Virus genome (UHGV): UHGV-0364569 | Reading direction: 5' to 3' (one strand) | DNA length: 33,487 nucleotides | Origin: a virus | In this document: in pieces, positions 1-8,324 of the stretch | Layout: the number at the start of each line of letters is the position of its first letter | Position numbering within the stretch: the stretch's first letter is position 1 | Translations under genes and position numbers: made by a program | The notes under the pieces: model-generated | Databases searched by the model: none | Told to the model about the DNA's origin: nothing | The model's input: only the letters and a program-made list of their open reading frames with translations

Positions 1-60
1 CACCCTCACGGGTGCGTGGATTGAAACTTCCGGATGGCACGTCAACAACGGTGGTGAGGG

Positions 61-84
61 ATGACAGGATAGTTGATATAAGTT
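61..84 (+). repeat. left-end transposase-binding-site-like repeat L1 (ATGACAGGATAGTTGATATAAGTT)
   Basis: Shares GACAGG plus a TGATATAAGT body with the copies at 189-211 and with the inverted copy at the right end. Confidence 0.6.
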
Positions 85-145
85 GATTTAGGGTTGAAAT
101 CCGTTGGAATCTTAGAAAACACGGGAGTTGGAGCGCTCCTGGCCA

Positions 146-168
146 GACAGGAGATATCTTATAAAAGT
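146..168 (+). repeat. left-end site copy L2, degenerate (GACAGGAGATATCTTATAAAAGT)
   Basis: GACAGG followed by an AT-rich body similar to L1 and L3. The spacing (63, 146, 191) resembles the Mu L1-L3 layout. Confidence 0.45.
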
Positions 169-188
169 CGAAGCCAAAATGCGGAGAA

Positions 189-211
189 ATGACAGGTATC
201 TGATATAAGTG
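189..211 (+). repeat. left-end site copy L3 (ATGACAGGTATCTGATATAAGTG); 20/20 inverted match to the right end
   Basis: Positions 189-208 are identical to the reverse complement of 33424-33443. Confidence 0.65.
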
Positions 212-238
212 CACTGGCTATGCAGAGGGGCTGCACAA

Positions 239-298
239 GGGGTGAAAGCATGAGAAAAAAGCACATGCAATCGCATTGCAGAAAAGGTGAAAGCTGAT
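239..298 (+). promoter_or_regulatory. candidate operator/promoter of cargo gene 312..533: perfect palindrome TGCAATCGCATTGCA (266-280) flanked by direct repeats GGTGAAAGC (241-249, 286-294)
   Basis: A 15-bp palindrome with 6-bp arms is bracketed by two identical 9-mers, 14-70 nt upstream of the ATG at 312. Confidence 0.4.
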
Positions 299-311
299 TG
301 AAATAGCGACC

Positions 312-533
312 ATGTCTGAATCAAATACACCTCTTGTTATAACGCCGATCCCAGTGTACGGATCAGTCACTGTCATCTCGCCGCAGGACCAAGACAAAGA
401 ACACCCCCAGACCTATCATCTGCGAGAGTCGGCCATCGTGCTGATCTGGGCCACTCGTCAAGGGCATAAGGTAACAGCGTGGGTGCGTGACGTACTCGAC
501 AACGTGTGGATCATCGTCCATGAAGACGATTGA
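312..533 (+). CDS. hypothetical 73-aa protein; lone plus-strand cargo gene at the left end
   Basis: ATG-initiated ORF in opposite orientation to the early operon. It has its own palindromic operator upstream and converges on the hairpin at 548-574. No family recognised. Confidence 0.5.
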   Translation: MSESNTPLVITPIPVYGSVTVISPQDQDKEHPQTYHLRESAIVLIWATRQGHKVTAWVRDVLDNVWIIVHEDD

Positions 534-547
534 CCCAAGAAACAAAA

Positions 548-574
548 AGGCCGCCAGGTTGTCCCTGGCGGCCT
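548..574 (-). terminator. rho-independent terminator of the minus-strand early operon (11-bp GC-rich stem, 5-nt loop; T-tract on the minus strand)
   Basis: AGGCCGCCAGG ttgtc CCTGGCGGCCT, preceded on the plus strand by AACAAAAA (read as TTTTTGTT on the minus strand). It lies just downstream of the last early gene (589..819) and also directly follows the stop of 312..533, but without a T-tract on that side. Confidence 0.7.
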
Positions 575-588
575 GAATGGTATCTGGG

Positions 589-819
589 CTAGTCATCGCA
601 TAAAGCGCGGACAAATGGAGTCATCTCCTTGCCCGGATGATCCTCTATCAGCTTACCCGTCCGCTCATCGACGATACCCAGAATAGTAGAATAGAGGCCG
701 TCAGCATACAGGGATTGCTTGGTGGCAACAACAAGTATCTGGATGGCTAGATTGGACTGTTGGCCATTGCGATCAATAACGTAGCAATTAAGCTTATCGC
801 CTGGAGTTAAGGTTTTCAT
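589..819 (-). CDS. hypothetical 76-aa protein (last gene of the early operon)
   Basis: ATG ORF with an A/C-rich SD-less leader. It is in the operon with the upstream genes and followed by the terminator. Confidence 0.5.
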   Translation of the reverse strand: MKTLTPGDKLNCYVIDRNGQQSNLAIQILVVATKQSLYADGLYSTILGIVDERTGKLIEDHPGKEMTPFVRALCDD

Positions 820-863
820 GATGTTTTTTCTGTTTCAATCCACGCCCCTGTGAGGGCGAAAAG

Positions 864-1136
864 TTAGTTGTTATCCGACGGAACACTGGGCTGCTCCATG
901 TCGATGAGGATGGGATTAAACTCATCGACGACTACACGGCCGGAGTATCCTCTCACTACATTACTCGCGGGGGGGCAAGACTGAACCAACCTAATGCCTC
1001 GGCGAGGTCTCCGGCACCACTCCAGTGTCGCGTCGGCAGGTATATCCGTCTCCAGCATGGTGCGCTGATATGGCAGCAGGCGCAGGATCGTGTCCAGTAT
1101 CCTCATGGTTGCTCCTCCTGTGGGACGATACGCCAT
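864..1136 (-). CDS. hypothetical 90-aa protein (alternative start at 1106 gives an ATGA overlap with the upstream gene)
   Basis: ORF track. The internal ATG at 1106 overlaps the stop of 1103..1336. Confidence 0.45.
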   Translation of the reverse strand: MAYRPTGGATMRILDTILRLLPYQRTMLETDIPADATLEWCRRPRRGIRLVQSCPPASNVVRGYSGRVVVDEFNPILIDMEQPSVPSDNN

Positions 1137-1336
1137 CCAGATCGGACCTCGTTACTGCCGATGTCAATAACCCAGTCCTGCCAAATATGATCGACTAGCA
1201 CCCCCTTGGATGGGCTGAATACTGCCATAATGCGGTATCCATCCAATTGAGATAAGCAGGCAGACTCAATCATGGCTCCCTCCTTGGCAGCTCTAAGAGC
1301 CTCCGGCCAGGTGAGCGGATAGTCAGGATCACTCAT
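1103..1336 (-). CDS. small 77-aa protein, DUF2829-like (PEALRAAKEG...GY...DWVI pattern)
   Basis: The ORF track gives 1103..1363. The start at 1336 is preferred because it forms an ATGA overlap with the stop of 1333..1971. The sequence pattern resembles the phage DUF2829 family (tentative). Confidence 0.5.
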   Translation of the reverse strand: MSDPDYPLTWPEALRAAKEGAMIESACLSQLDGYRIMAVFSPSKGVLVDHIWQDWVIDIGSNEVRSGWRIVPQEEQP

Positions 1337-1971
1337 GACTGCACCTCCTGGTCTGGCATCCATATATTACTGCGGAATCCCCGCGCGGTGGGCTTATGCG
1401 GCCCAGGAGTGGTGACAATGCGTACAGCCCCCACATGATCAGCCAGCTTGCCGGGCGGCATCGTGCGCGGATCAGCATGCGGCTCGTAGGTATCCTGGCC
1501 AGTCTCGGAGGCTAGTTTGCGGGCATCCTCCCGACCCCGGTTGATGATAGTATACATCAGGTGCTGGACATGCTCCACGGCAGCGTAATGCCGCAATGCC
1601 TGGTACACATCCCGACCCGTGCAAGGCAGGTGCAACTGGTCCCGCACGATCTCGGCCAGATAGTCTGGGCTGGTCTCGTAGCGCATCATAGCCTCGCGCA
1701 GGTTGTGGAGGGCCGTGTCCATCTCCGACCAAGTCCGGTCCTTGATGGAGGACGTGCCCAGGTAGGTAGCCAGTCTATTATAGATAGGCACGTAGTGCTC
1801 CTGGGTTGCCTTGGTAAGTGACTCGGTGACTCCTGTGGCAGCCCAAACCTCGTCATGCCGCCAATCCACCAGGGACGGCAGGGGGCACCCCTGGGACTGG
1901 ATGCACTTGTAGGCCTTGCCGGCCATGATGGACAGTACGGTGATCTGTCGCTTGGTAAGTGGTTTGCTCAT
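1333..1971 (-). CDS. hypothetical 212-aa early protein (possibly GemA/gp16-like, DUF1018; weak)
   Basis: ATG ORF, translationally coupled on both sides. Position and the N-terminal KRQITVLSIMAGKA...TG...LG pattern loosely recall Mu gp16. Confidence 0.5.
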   Translation of the reverse strand: MSKPLTKRQITVLSIMAGKAYKCIQSQGCPLPSLVDWRHDEVWAATGVTESLTKATQEHYVPIYNRLATYLGTSSIKDRTWSEMDTALHNLREAMMRYETSPDYLAEIVRDQLHLPCTGRDVYQALRHYAAVEHVQHLMYTIINRGREDARKLASETGQDTYEPHADPRTMPPGKLADHVGAVRIVTTPGPHKPTARGFRSNIWMPDQEVQS

Positions 1972-2141
1972 ATATCGATGTTGGGCTTGAAGGGTGTAGG
2001 GTTAATCAGAGCATTGATCAGTTGCTTGTGCTGCGTCGGCGTTAGATAGATTAATGTTGCGGTACTGGCCCCACGGATTGCTCCTGTGGTAATGGACAGG
2101 ATGATGTGGTGCCCCATGTCCTTGACCTCAATCTCAGTCAT
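1968..2141 (-). CDS. small 57-aa hypothetical protein, translationally coupled (ATGA overlaps at both ends)
   Basis: Not in the ORF track because it is under 60 aa. Its ATG at 2141 overlaps the Gam stop, and its stop overlaps the ATG of 1333..1971. Hand translation gives MTEIEVKDMGHHIILSITTGAIRG... Confidence 0.4.
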   Translation of the reverse strand: MTEIEVKDMGHHIILSITTGAIRGASTATLIYLTPTQHKQLINALINPTPFKPNIDI

Positions 2142-2665
2142 GCGCTTATCCTCCCTGCTGTGTCAGTCTTAGGCTCTACCCAATATGCCTCCGTCTGCTC
2201 AATGCGTAGTCCCAGGGCGGCCAGCCGCTCGTCATCCAGCTCGGCCTTGAGCTTGTCCTTGTCCGGCTTGGGATCGGACACCTTGAGGTAGGCGGTGAGT
2301 CCCATCTCCTTAATCTTGTTGCAAACGGCTCCCCAAGTGAATTTGCGGGAGAGTAGCACCAGTGTGGGATTGCCCAGTCTCCAACCCCATCGGGCCTTGC
2401 CGGTCTCTCCGGACTTGGCGTCCCCTTGCAGGAGCGCCTCCCGGTTGCGGATGGCATACTGCTCGGCCTGGGCCAGCTTGGCGGTGATCAGGTTGTTGAG
2501 GCCATCAACTACTCCGCCGTGCTCCTCGCGGGCGGCCAGAATGGCCTTGTCCAGTCGGGCCTGAGCCTTGTCTCGCTTGACGGTCAGCTCGGCGATCTGG
2601 TCCAGGCATTGCTCGTACTCGGCCAGGGTGGCCAGTCCGGTGTTGCGTGTTGTTAATTTAGTCAT
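2138..2665 (-). CDS. gam: host-nuclease inhibitor Gam-like protein (Mu Gam/Ku-like DNA-end binding)
   Basis: The 175-aa product has the coiled-coil N-terminus and overall pattern of the Mu Gam family (PF07352), and sits in the early semi-essential region as in Mu. Confidence 0.75.
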   Translation of the reverse strand: MTKLTTRNTGLATLAEYEQCLDQIAELTVKRDKAQARLDKAILAAREEHGGVVDGLNNLITAKLAQAEQYAIRNREALLQGDAKSGETGKARWGWRLGNPTLVLLSRKFTWGAVCNKIKEMGLTAYLKVSDPKPDKDKLKAELDDERLAALGLRIEQTEAYWVEPKTDTAGRISA

Positions 2666-2667
2666 TG

Positions 2668-2928
2668 TTATGTGTGTTGCTTGTTGATTTGTTTACTTTT
2701 GCGGGCCACCATGGATACGACGTCCTGCCAGGTGAGACCGGGCGTCTGTAGCCATGCGTAGAATTTAGCTCCATCCACCGGGACGTAGCGCTCTCCCAGC
2801 TGCTCCAGACGGATGGCAATCATGCCCGGCCAGCGTGGGTCGTAGATAGTCCAGTAGTTGCCGGAGCTGGCAAATCTGGACAGCTGCATGCTGATCAGCG
2901 TGCACAGGGTCTCTGGATCGTAGGTCAT
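2668..2928 (-). CDS. hypothetical 86-aa protein
   Basis: ATG ORF. Its start overlaps the stop of 2925..3170 (ATGA). Confidence 0.5.
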   Translation of the reverse strand: MTYDPETLCTLISMQLSRFASSGNYWTIYDPRWPGMIAIRLEQLGERYVPVDGAKFYAWLQTPGLTWQDVVSMVARKSKQINKQHT

Positions 2929-3170
2929 GGCTGGTCAATGTACATGTAGATGGGAGGGATGGGATTAACCGGCTCGGCACCGTCTATCAGCTTGTGGATC
3001 AGGTCGTCGGATGCAGCATATCCTCCGTGATGGGATATATAGATATCTCCCCTGAGCCTATCAGCCAGGACGGCTCGACACTCCGGGCAAACCGCATAAG
3101 TCTGTCCATGGCGCTGGATGATCTCCAGGCGTGCGTGCCGGTGGTAATAGCAGTAGATGGGATTAGTCAT
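2925..3170 (-). CDS. small zinc-ribbon-like protein (CYYHRH...CPEC), 81 aa
   Basis: This is the internal ATG of the 171-aa track ORF. The upstream extension is W/S/R-rich off-frame junk. Two Cys/His pairs are present. It overlaps the upstream gene by 8 nt. Confidence 0.5.
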   Translation of the reverse strand: MTNPIYCYYHRHARLEIIQRHGQTYAVCPECRAVLADRLRGDIYISHHGGYAASDDLIHKLIDGAEPVNPIPPIYMYIDQP

Positions 3171-3474
3171 GACGGCTGGACCTCCTCTCCATATCGGTAA
3201 AACGGGGGAGAAAACACCTCTCCAGCTTGCCCGTGTCATGATTAAGATGCGCATTGATGCCCGTGACATCGTGCATGAGATTGAAGTTATCAGCCTGCTC
3301 CATGTCAGCAAGCCGCAGAGGGCAGCCGTTGCAGTGACACGCCTCCAGGTCCATCTGGATATCCAGCTCATCGACGTCTGTATTGCCGTACTTGTGGTAT
3401 AGGGCGCAGGCCCGCTTGGCGATGCGCTCAATGATCTCACGCTCCGCAGGTGTGGCGGTAAACAGGTCTTTCAT
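3163..3474 (-). CDS. conserved phage protein, 103 aa (AxHxNGxPLxL...HD motif)
   Basis: Clean ATG ORF with an ATGA overlap to the upstream gene. The motif pattern resembles an uncharacterised phage family; no functional call. Confidence 0.55.
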   Translation of the reverse strand: MKDLFTATPAEREIIERIAKRACALYHKYGNTDVDELDIQMDLEACHCNGCPLRLADMEQADNFNLMHDVTGINAHLNHDTGKLERCFLPRFTDMERRSSRHD

Positions 3475-3755
3475 TGCTCGCCCTCCCGGTTATGGTGAAT
3501 AGTATCAATTATCACCTCACCAATGGTGTCGGGATTACTGGCGATGAACTCATTGATCAGCGTGGCGACACGGGCGGCAGGGGTCTCATGGTCGGCCTTT
3601 TGGATGGTCTCGCTATAGATGGCGAGTCCGGACCGTCCGCTGTCCGTGATGACGTCCTCGATGTGGAGGACAAAGTTGCCTCCCTTAGGGTCCAGCGTGA
3701 AGTTGGGGGCTTGCCGCCGCCCGTCCTGTTGTTGATTGGTGTTGGTGCTGTACAT
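3471..3755 (-). CDS. hypothetical 94-aa protein
   Basis: Internal ATG of the 154-aa track ORF. The N-terminal extension is low-complexity and overlaps nothing coding. Confidence 0.5.
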   Translation of the reverse strand: MYSTNTNQQQDGRRQAPNFTLDPKGGNFVLHIEDVITDSGRSGLAIYSETIQKADHETPAARVATLINEFIASNPDTIGEVIIDTIHHNREGEQ

Positions 3756-3768
3756 GATAGTAATGGTG

Positions 3769-4125
3769 TTATTGGTTGGTGGTTGAGGTGGGTTGATCGG
3801 CCTCGGATGGACCGACGGTGATGCTGGCCAGGCGCATCTTGCCCAGTAGGGTGTGCAAATGAGATATGGCCAGATTGAGCGAGTCGTAGTCAGTCTTGGA
3901 CAGGAGGGCCGCCTTGCAGTGGCTGACCCGCTCAATGTGGATATGCTGGGTGATGTAGAGCAGTTGCCGGTGCTGCTCCCACTGCTCCTCGCTTAATACC
4001 GGGATGAGCTCCAGGGACAGGCTGTGATGCGTGGTGATGAGGGCGTCGAGGTCGGCTAGGCGGAGGACCACATATCGGGTGCCGTCCAGGTCAACGATGG
4101 TGTACTTGATGGTCTTCTTGCGCAT
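3769..4125 (-). CDS. hypothetical 118-aa protein
   Basis: ATG ORF in the operon. Confidence 0.5.
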   Translation of the reverse strand: MRKKTIKYTIVDLDGTRYVVLRLADLDALITTHHSLSLELIPVLSEEQWEQHRQLLYITQHIHIERVSHCKAALLSKTDYDSLNLAISHLHTLLGKMRLASITVGPSEADQPTSTTNQ

Positions 4126-4137
4126 GGTATCGGAGTG

Positions 4138-4407
4138 TTAATGGGTGTCCTGTGCAAGCATGGCGTCGCGCAGCAGGGTCAGGTCCTGCAGGAGATCGGG
4201 CAGCTGATCAGCAGCATCGGTGAGGACCTGGTGGATATCGCCCAGGTCGACCGGATCGGTCGTACCAATGGCTCCCCATGTTGTCAGCGCCGTGCCGACG
4301 AGGTCAACCAGCTGCGGTATGCCTTCGGCAATCCTGATAGCGGCCAGGGTTTCTGGCGGCACCGTAATGGTGAGCGTGTTTTTCTCGGTGTTGGGTTGTT
4401 GTTTCAT
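4138..4407 (-). CDS. hypothetical acidic 89-aa protein
   Basis: ATG ORF, first gene after B, with an A/C-rich leader (ACCACAAACAATAAGCAAAC-ATG). Confidence 0.5.
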   Translation of the reverse strand: MKQQPNTEKNTLTITVPPETLAAIRIAEGIPQLVDLVGTALTTWGAIGTTDPVDLGDIHQVLTDAADQLPDLLQDLTLLRDAMLAQDTH

Positions 4408-4426
4408 GTTTGCTTATTGTTTGTGG

Positions 4427-5467
4427 TTATACGTGTTCCGGCATCTTGCCGGCTTCCATTTCTTCAAGTTTTCTAACCGCGGCCAGGTAGTAGTCCCAGG
4501 TGAGGTCCACCCCTGCATTGTTGGCTGCCTCCAGACCCTTGCGCAGGCGCTTGGTAGTCTTGCCAAATCCGTACAGGTTGGCCTGCTGCTTGAGGGTGGC
4601 CAGCATGGCCCGGCTGGGAGTCGGATAGCCGTAGTAGGTCCAGAGCGTCTCCAGGTCACGGGTCTCAATGTAATCCGGGAGGCGGTAGATATTGGCCGCT
4701 CCGCGCTTGGAGGTCTGCTCCAGGATGCCCTGCCACTTGTCATTATGCTCCACGTACTCAGCCAATACAGGTGTGCCCACCAGGAGCATGCCGCACTGGG
4801 TCTCATCGTATATCTCCCGCAGCTGCTCAATGCCCTTGCGTCCGGTCTTGTCGCTGTCCAGCGCGTGGTGGATCTCGTCGACAATGAGCAGGTGCTCCGG
4901 AGTCAGGCGGTTGACAATCTTGGCAATCTGGAACTCGGTGTTGCCTTTGACCGACAGGCCTAATTGAGCGGCAATGCGGTAGAGCAGCCGTCCCGGACTG
5001 GTGACTACCGGGCAGCGCACCAGGATGACCGTGCCGGGGTGGCGGCGGGCATACTCCTTGAGCGCCCAGGTCTTGCCCCACTGCGTCTTGCCCACCAGCA
5101 TGGAGGCGTATTGATTAACGTGGGTCAGCTCGGCAATCTGCATCACGTAGCGCGCCAGAGCCGTCTCAATAAACGGGCCGTCCGAGGTTGACTGCTGGCG
5201 TAGGGAAAGGACGCCGCACAGGTCGTCCAGCTTGGCCAGATGGGGGCCGGCAGGCGCTTGGTAGGTACCGTTGAGCAGACGGTGCATGACCGTCGTGCTC
5301 ACCGGCAGCTTGTCGGCCAGAGTACGCAGGGTCCACTGATGCTCGACGGCGTAGTTGATCAGGTCCGTAAGCATCTTCTTGTGGCCTTGCTTGTAGGGCG
5401 TGGCCGGGATGCGTGCCAGATATCTGCTCAGGTCGGCGTCGTTGTTGATTTTGGTGATGTCGTCCAT
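4427..5467 (-). CDS. MuB-like transposition ATPase (N-terminal HTH plus AAA+; Walker A GKTQWGKT, Walker B LLIVDEIH)
   Basis: The 346-aa product lies directly downstream of the transposase, as in Mu. Walker motifs are visible. Confidence 0.85.
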   Translation of the reverse strand: MDDITKINNDADLSRYLARIPATPYKQGHKKMLTDLINYAVEHQWTLRTLADKLPVSTTVMHRLLNGTYQAPAGPHLAKLDDLCGVLSLRQQSTSDGPFIETALARYVMQIAELTHVNQYASMLVGKTQWGKTWALKEYARRHPGTVILVRCPVVTSPGRLLYRIAAQLGLSVKGNTEFQIAKIVNRLTPEHLLIVDEIHHALDSDKTGRKGIEQLREIYDETQCGMLLVGTPVLAEYVEHNDKWQGILEQTSKRGAANIYRLPDYIETRDLETLWTYYGYPTPSRAMLATLKQQANLYGFGKTTKRLRKGLEAANNAGVDLTWDYYLAAVRKLEEMEAGKMPEHV

Positions 5468-5491
5468 ATTGTTATTATTGTGTTTATTATG

Positions 5492-7519
5492 TTATAAAAA
5501 TCTTACATCGGGCAGGTCGTGGGGCAGCTCGTCGTCATCGTTGCCGCTGGCGGGGATGAGGCTGATGTCCGGCATGGACTCGGCCGCCGCCGTGGCTGCC
5601 CTAGTCACGGCCCGCTTATCGGCAGGCGTGGGGGTGAGGGAGTATGCCTGGGCATACTCGGCTGCCGTGACCGGCTTGCCCTCCATCAACCGCCTGTTGT
5701 GCTCGCGCTTGCGGACAATATCCGCCTCGTCCTTGGCTCCGATGATGCGGGCATACTCCAGCTGATGCTCCCGGCGCCCGGCCGCCTTGCCCATGGCCTG
5801 CTCCACGGCGTGCGTATCCGCCGTGCAGACCCTCTGCACGAGGCCTGCAGTGCCGATGATGCGGCCGTCCTGACCGCACACAAATAGCTGGTTGGCATCG
5901 TAGGGATTGACGTAGCCCTGGTACTTGCCGTGGGCCAGCTCCCGGATGGCTCCGTCAGGAGTAACCACGCGGGCCTCGTAGATCAGCTCCTCGTCCTGGA
6001 TAGCCTTGTCGCGCATCCGGATGTAGGCGCTGGCCACCTTGATGGGGCGGGCCAGGTCCATGCCCAGTATCTGACAGATGCACCAGGCGGGCAGCTTGAT
6101 AAGCCTGTTGCCCGGCTTGGCCTCCTCGTAATCCCATGCCTCGGTGGGGCTCATCCGGCGGCGGTGCACCAGGTCGGCTCCGGTCTCGCAGGCGGTGCGG
6201 ATGATCTGGGCGGCCATGGACGGCTCCACCTCGCAGGACGGAGTCCAGGGCGCGGAGGGTGACAGGCGCAGCTCCTCAACCATGTAACCGCAGCGCTCCC
6301 AGCCCTCCAGCTTGTGGGTGGTGCGGGCATTGATGTCGCTGACAATCTTAGTGAGCTCGTGACTCAACTCGTCCATGGTCAGCATGTAGTGCTTGAGTTG
6401 ACCGGCTCTATCCGCGGGCAGCTTGTCCATCGCCTTGATGAGCTGGTCCTCGGCACGCGCCAGGCCGTGCAGGGTTTCCGGCGGCGTGCGGTCGTGGCCG
6501 GTGGCCCCAGGCAGATGGCTGATGCGGTTGTGCTGCAGGTTGTGGTAACTCTCCAGGGGGGCCTTGTGGCGCGGGTTGCCCACCCCACGGCCGCCATGGC
6601 CCTGCTTGAGCGTCTGGCGCACGCCTCCGATGCCGGAGCGGTCCACCTTGATCAGACCGCCGCTGGCATGGTAGAGCAGCTCCTCCATCTCCTTGTCAAT
6701 GGCGGCCGTCCCATTCTCGACCACGAGGGTGGTTCCTCGTGGGGAGTATCCGATTGTAGCTCCCCACAGGGCCAGGATGCTGCGCATGTCCCGCTTGTTA
6801 AGATGGATCATCTTGCCCGTCTCCTCGTCGCGGCGGCGGATTTTTTGGCCCCACGCTACACGCTTGCCCGTAAGGTACTCCAGCACCCCAAGCTGCAGGG
6901 GCTGCCCCTTGTCGCGGCCGGATAAGACCTGGAGGTCCAACCACACGTCGTCAAACAAGAAATGACTGCCCAGCCAGAGTCCCTCGCGGGTGGCCAGTAC
7001 CTGGGCCAGTTGGGGCGCTGCCGTGCGGATGCCCTGCTTGAGCGCCACCGTCTCCAGGGTCTGGGGGGCAAGCCGCTGCAGGTTGCGCAGGCTCCAGCCG
7101 GAGGGGATGCGCGGCCAGCCCGGCCAGTCCTCATAGCCGGGGATGGTGTCGCGCCTCTCCGTCCAGGTCTTGATAAGCTGCAGCCTGGCGGTGGGTATGC
7201 CCCCATTGCGCTGGCACTGGGTGCAGAGACCGTGCCAATAGGCCAAGAATTTGCTGAGGGTAACACGGCTACGGGCCTGTATCTTGCGGTAGCGGCGGTC
7301 CACCAGGGAGAGGGGATTGTCTCCGCTGTTGCGCCAGATATCATACCAGCGGCGCATGGTGACGGAGGATATGCCACAGAGGGCTGCAGCATCCCGGATA
7401 GCTCCCTGCTGCGCTCCATAGCAGGCGCTGGCCTCCTTGATGCGCTTGCAGGCCGCATAGATGGCCAGCACTCTGTCCCGCTCCACCAGCGGTAAATCGT
7501 CCATGGTGATATTGTCCAT
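5492..7519 (-). CDS. MuA-like DDE transposase (676 aa)
   Basis: A long ORF with N-terminal HTH-like segments and a central integrase-like core. The start at 7519 (MDNITMDDLPL...) is chosen 5 nt after the upstream stop. The track ORF extends to 7861 only through an off-frame W/S/P-rich overlap. Confidence 0.85.
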   Translation of the reverse strand: MDNITMDDLPLVERDRVLAIYAACKRIKEASACYGAQQGAIRDAAALCGISSVTMRRWYDIWRNSGDNPLSLVDRRYRKIQARSRVTLSKFLAYWHGLCTQCQRNGGIPTARLQLIKTWTERRDTIPGYEDWPGWPRIPSGWSLRNLQRLAPQTLETVALKQGIRTAAPQLAQVLATREGLWLGSHFLFDDVWLDLQVLSGRDKGQPLQLGVLEYLTGKRVAWGQKIRRRDEETGKMIHLNKRDMRSILALWGATIGYSPRGTTLVVENGTAAIDKEMEELLYHASGGLIKVDRSGIGGVRQTLKQGHGGRGVGNPRHKAPLESYHNLQHNRISHLPGATGHDRTPPETLHGLARAEDQLIKAMDKLPADRAGQLKHYMLTMDELSHELTKIVSDINARTTHKLEGWERCGYMVEELRLSPSAPWTPSCEVEPSMAAQIIRTACETGADLVHRRRMSPTEAWDYEEAKPGNRLIKLPAWCICQILGMDLARPIKVASAYIRMRDKAIQDEELIYEARVVTPDGAIRELAHGKYQGYVNPYDANQLFVCGQDGRIIGTAGLVQRVCTADTHAVEQAMGKAAGRREHQLEYARIIGAKDEADIVRKREHNRRLMEGKPVTAAEYAQAYSLTPTPADKRAVTRAATAAAESMPDISLIPASGNDDDELPHDLPDVRFL

Positions 7520-7523
7520 TGTG

Positions 7524-8324
7524 TTATAATGTAGTTGTGCCGTTGACCAACCCATCCATCGTGGCCTTGACTCGCTGCTCGTCGACGTTGGATATCTTGC
7601 GGGCGTAGGCGGCCAAGGACTCAGCGAAAAGCTCGCGCTCCTGGAGACGCAATAAGTGGATGTAGCCTTGGTCCACAAAGGTCCCCAGCTGCTTGAGCAG
7701 GCAGGCCGCATCCTGCTCGGCCTGGTGCCGGCGACGCTCCAGCTCATCCGGGGGGAGATTGAGGGCGGCCAGGTCATTGGCCAGCTTGTCCATAGGGGTG
7801 AGGGCCAGCGCTCCGTCAGGGTTGCCGGCTCCAGTAAATCCCAGGGGCTTAACCCGGTCATGCGTTGTCCGCTTGCGGGTAGAGATAACTCCCAGGTTGA
7901 GCATCATTTGGCGGGGAGTTTCGGCCCCGTCGGTGGTCTTGTCCACCAGGGCGGCCAGATCATTTACAGGCTCGCCGCTCAGCCCTGCGTCCAGGAGATA
8001 CCTCTCTACATTGGCCAATCGCCCGGCGGCTGTCTTGTAGCAGCGCATGTACTGATTGGCTGATCGACTCGTAAATTCAAATCGGAAGCATGATTCCGAT
8101 TTGGAGTCATTATTTCTGTTGAATAACTTTTCCCATCCCCCATGCGGTGTTACGGCCTTAAGCTCGGTCAGCAGCTTACCCAGCTTGAGTCCTGCCGTCA
8201 CGGCATTGCGGCCAGCGCATGCCGCCATCTCGGCTTGAGCCTGGGCATACCGGTGCAGGCGGTTGGCTTCGCTGACGTCTAACTCCACACGTGTGGAGAA
8301 AGGGATACTTAACTCAATTTTCAT
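7524..8324 (-). CDS. DUF3102-family protein (266 aa), commonly found next to the transposase in Mu-like prophages
   Basis: HGGWEKLF and SRSANQYMRCYK motifs match the DUF3102 pattern. Position is between ner and A. Confidence 0.7.
   Translation of the reverse strand: MKIELSIPFSTRVELDVSEANRLHRYAQAQAEMAACAGRNAVTAGLKLGKLLTELKAVTPHGGWEKLFNRNNDSKSESCFRFEFTSRSANQYMRCYKTAAGRLANVERYLLDAGLSGEPVNDLAALVDKTTDGAETPRQMMLNLGVISTRKRTTHDRVKPLGFTGAGNPDGALALTPMDKLANDLAALNLPPDELERRRHQAEQDAACLLKQLGTFVDQGYIHLLRLQERELFAESLAAYARKISNVDEQRVKATMDGLVNGTTTL

Noticed and set aside
112-330. 72-aa minus-strand ORF within the left terminal region
   Set aside because: Lies across the transposase-binding repeats and the operator of gene 312. 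No coding signal apart from being open.
2925-3440. 171-aa ORF and 154-aa ORF (3471..3935) long forms
   Set aside because: The N-terminal extensions are low-complexity and overlap real neighbouring genes. The internal ATGs (3170, 3755) give compact, coupled genes.
5492-7861. 789-aa version of the transposase ORF
   Set aside because: The first 114 codons overlap the upstream DUF3102 gene in another frame and are W/S/P-rich GC-frame junk. The start at 7519 (or 7504) sits 5 nt after the upstream stop.
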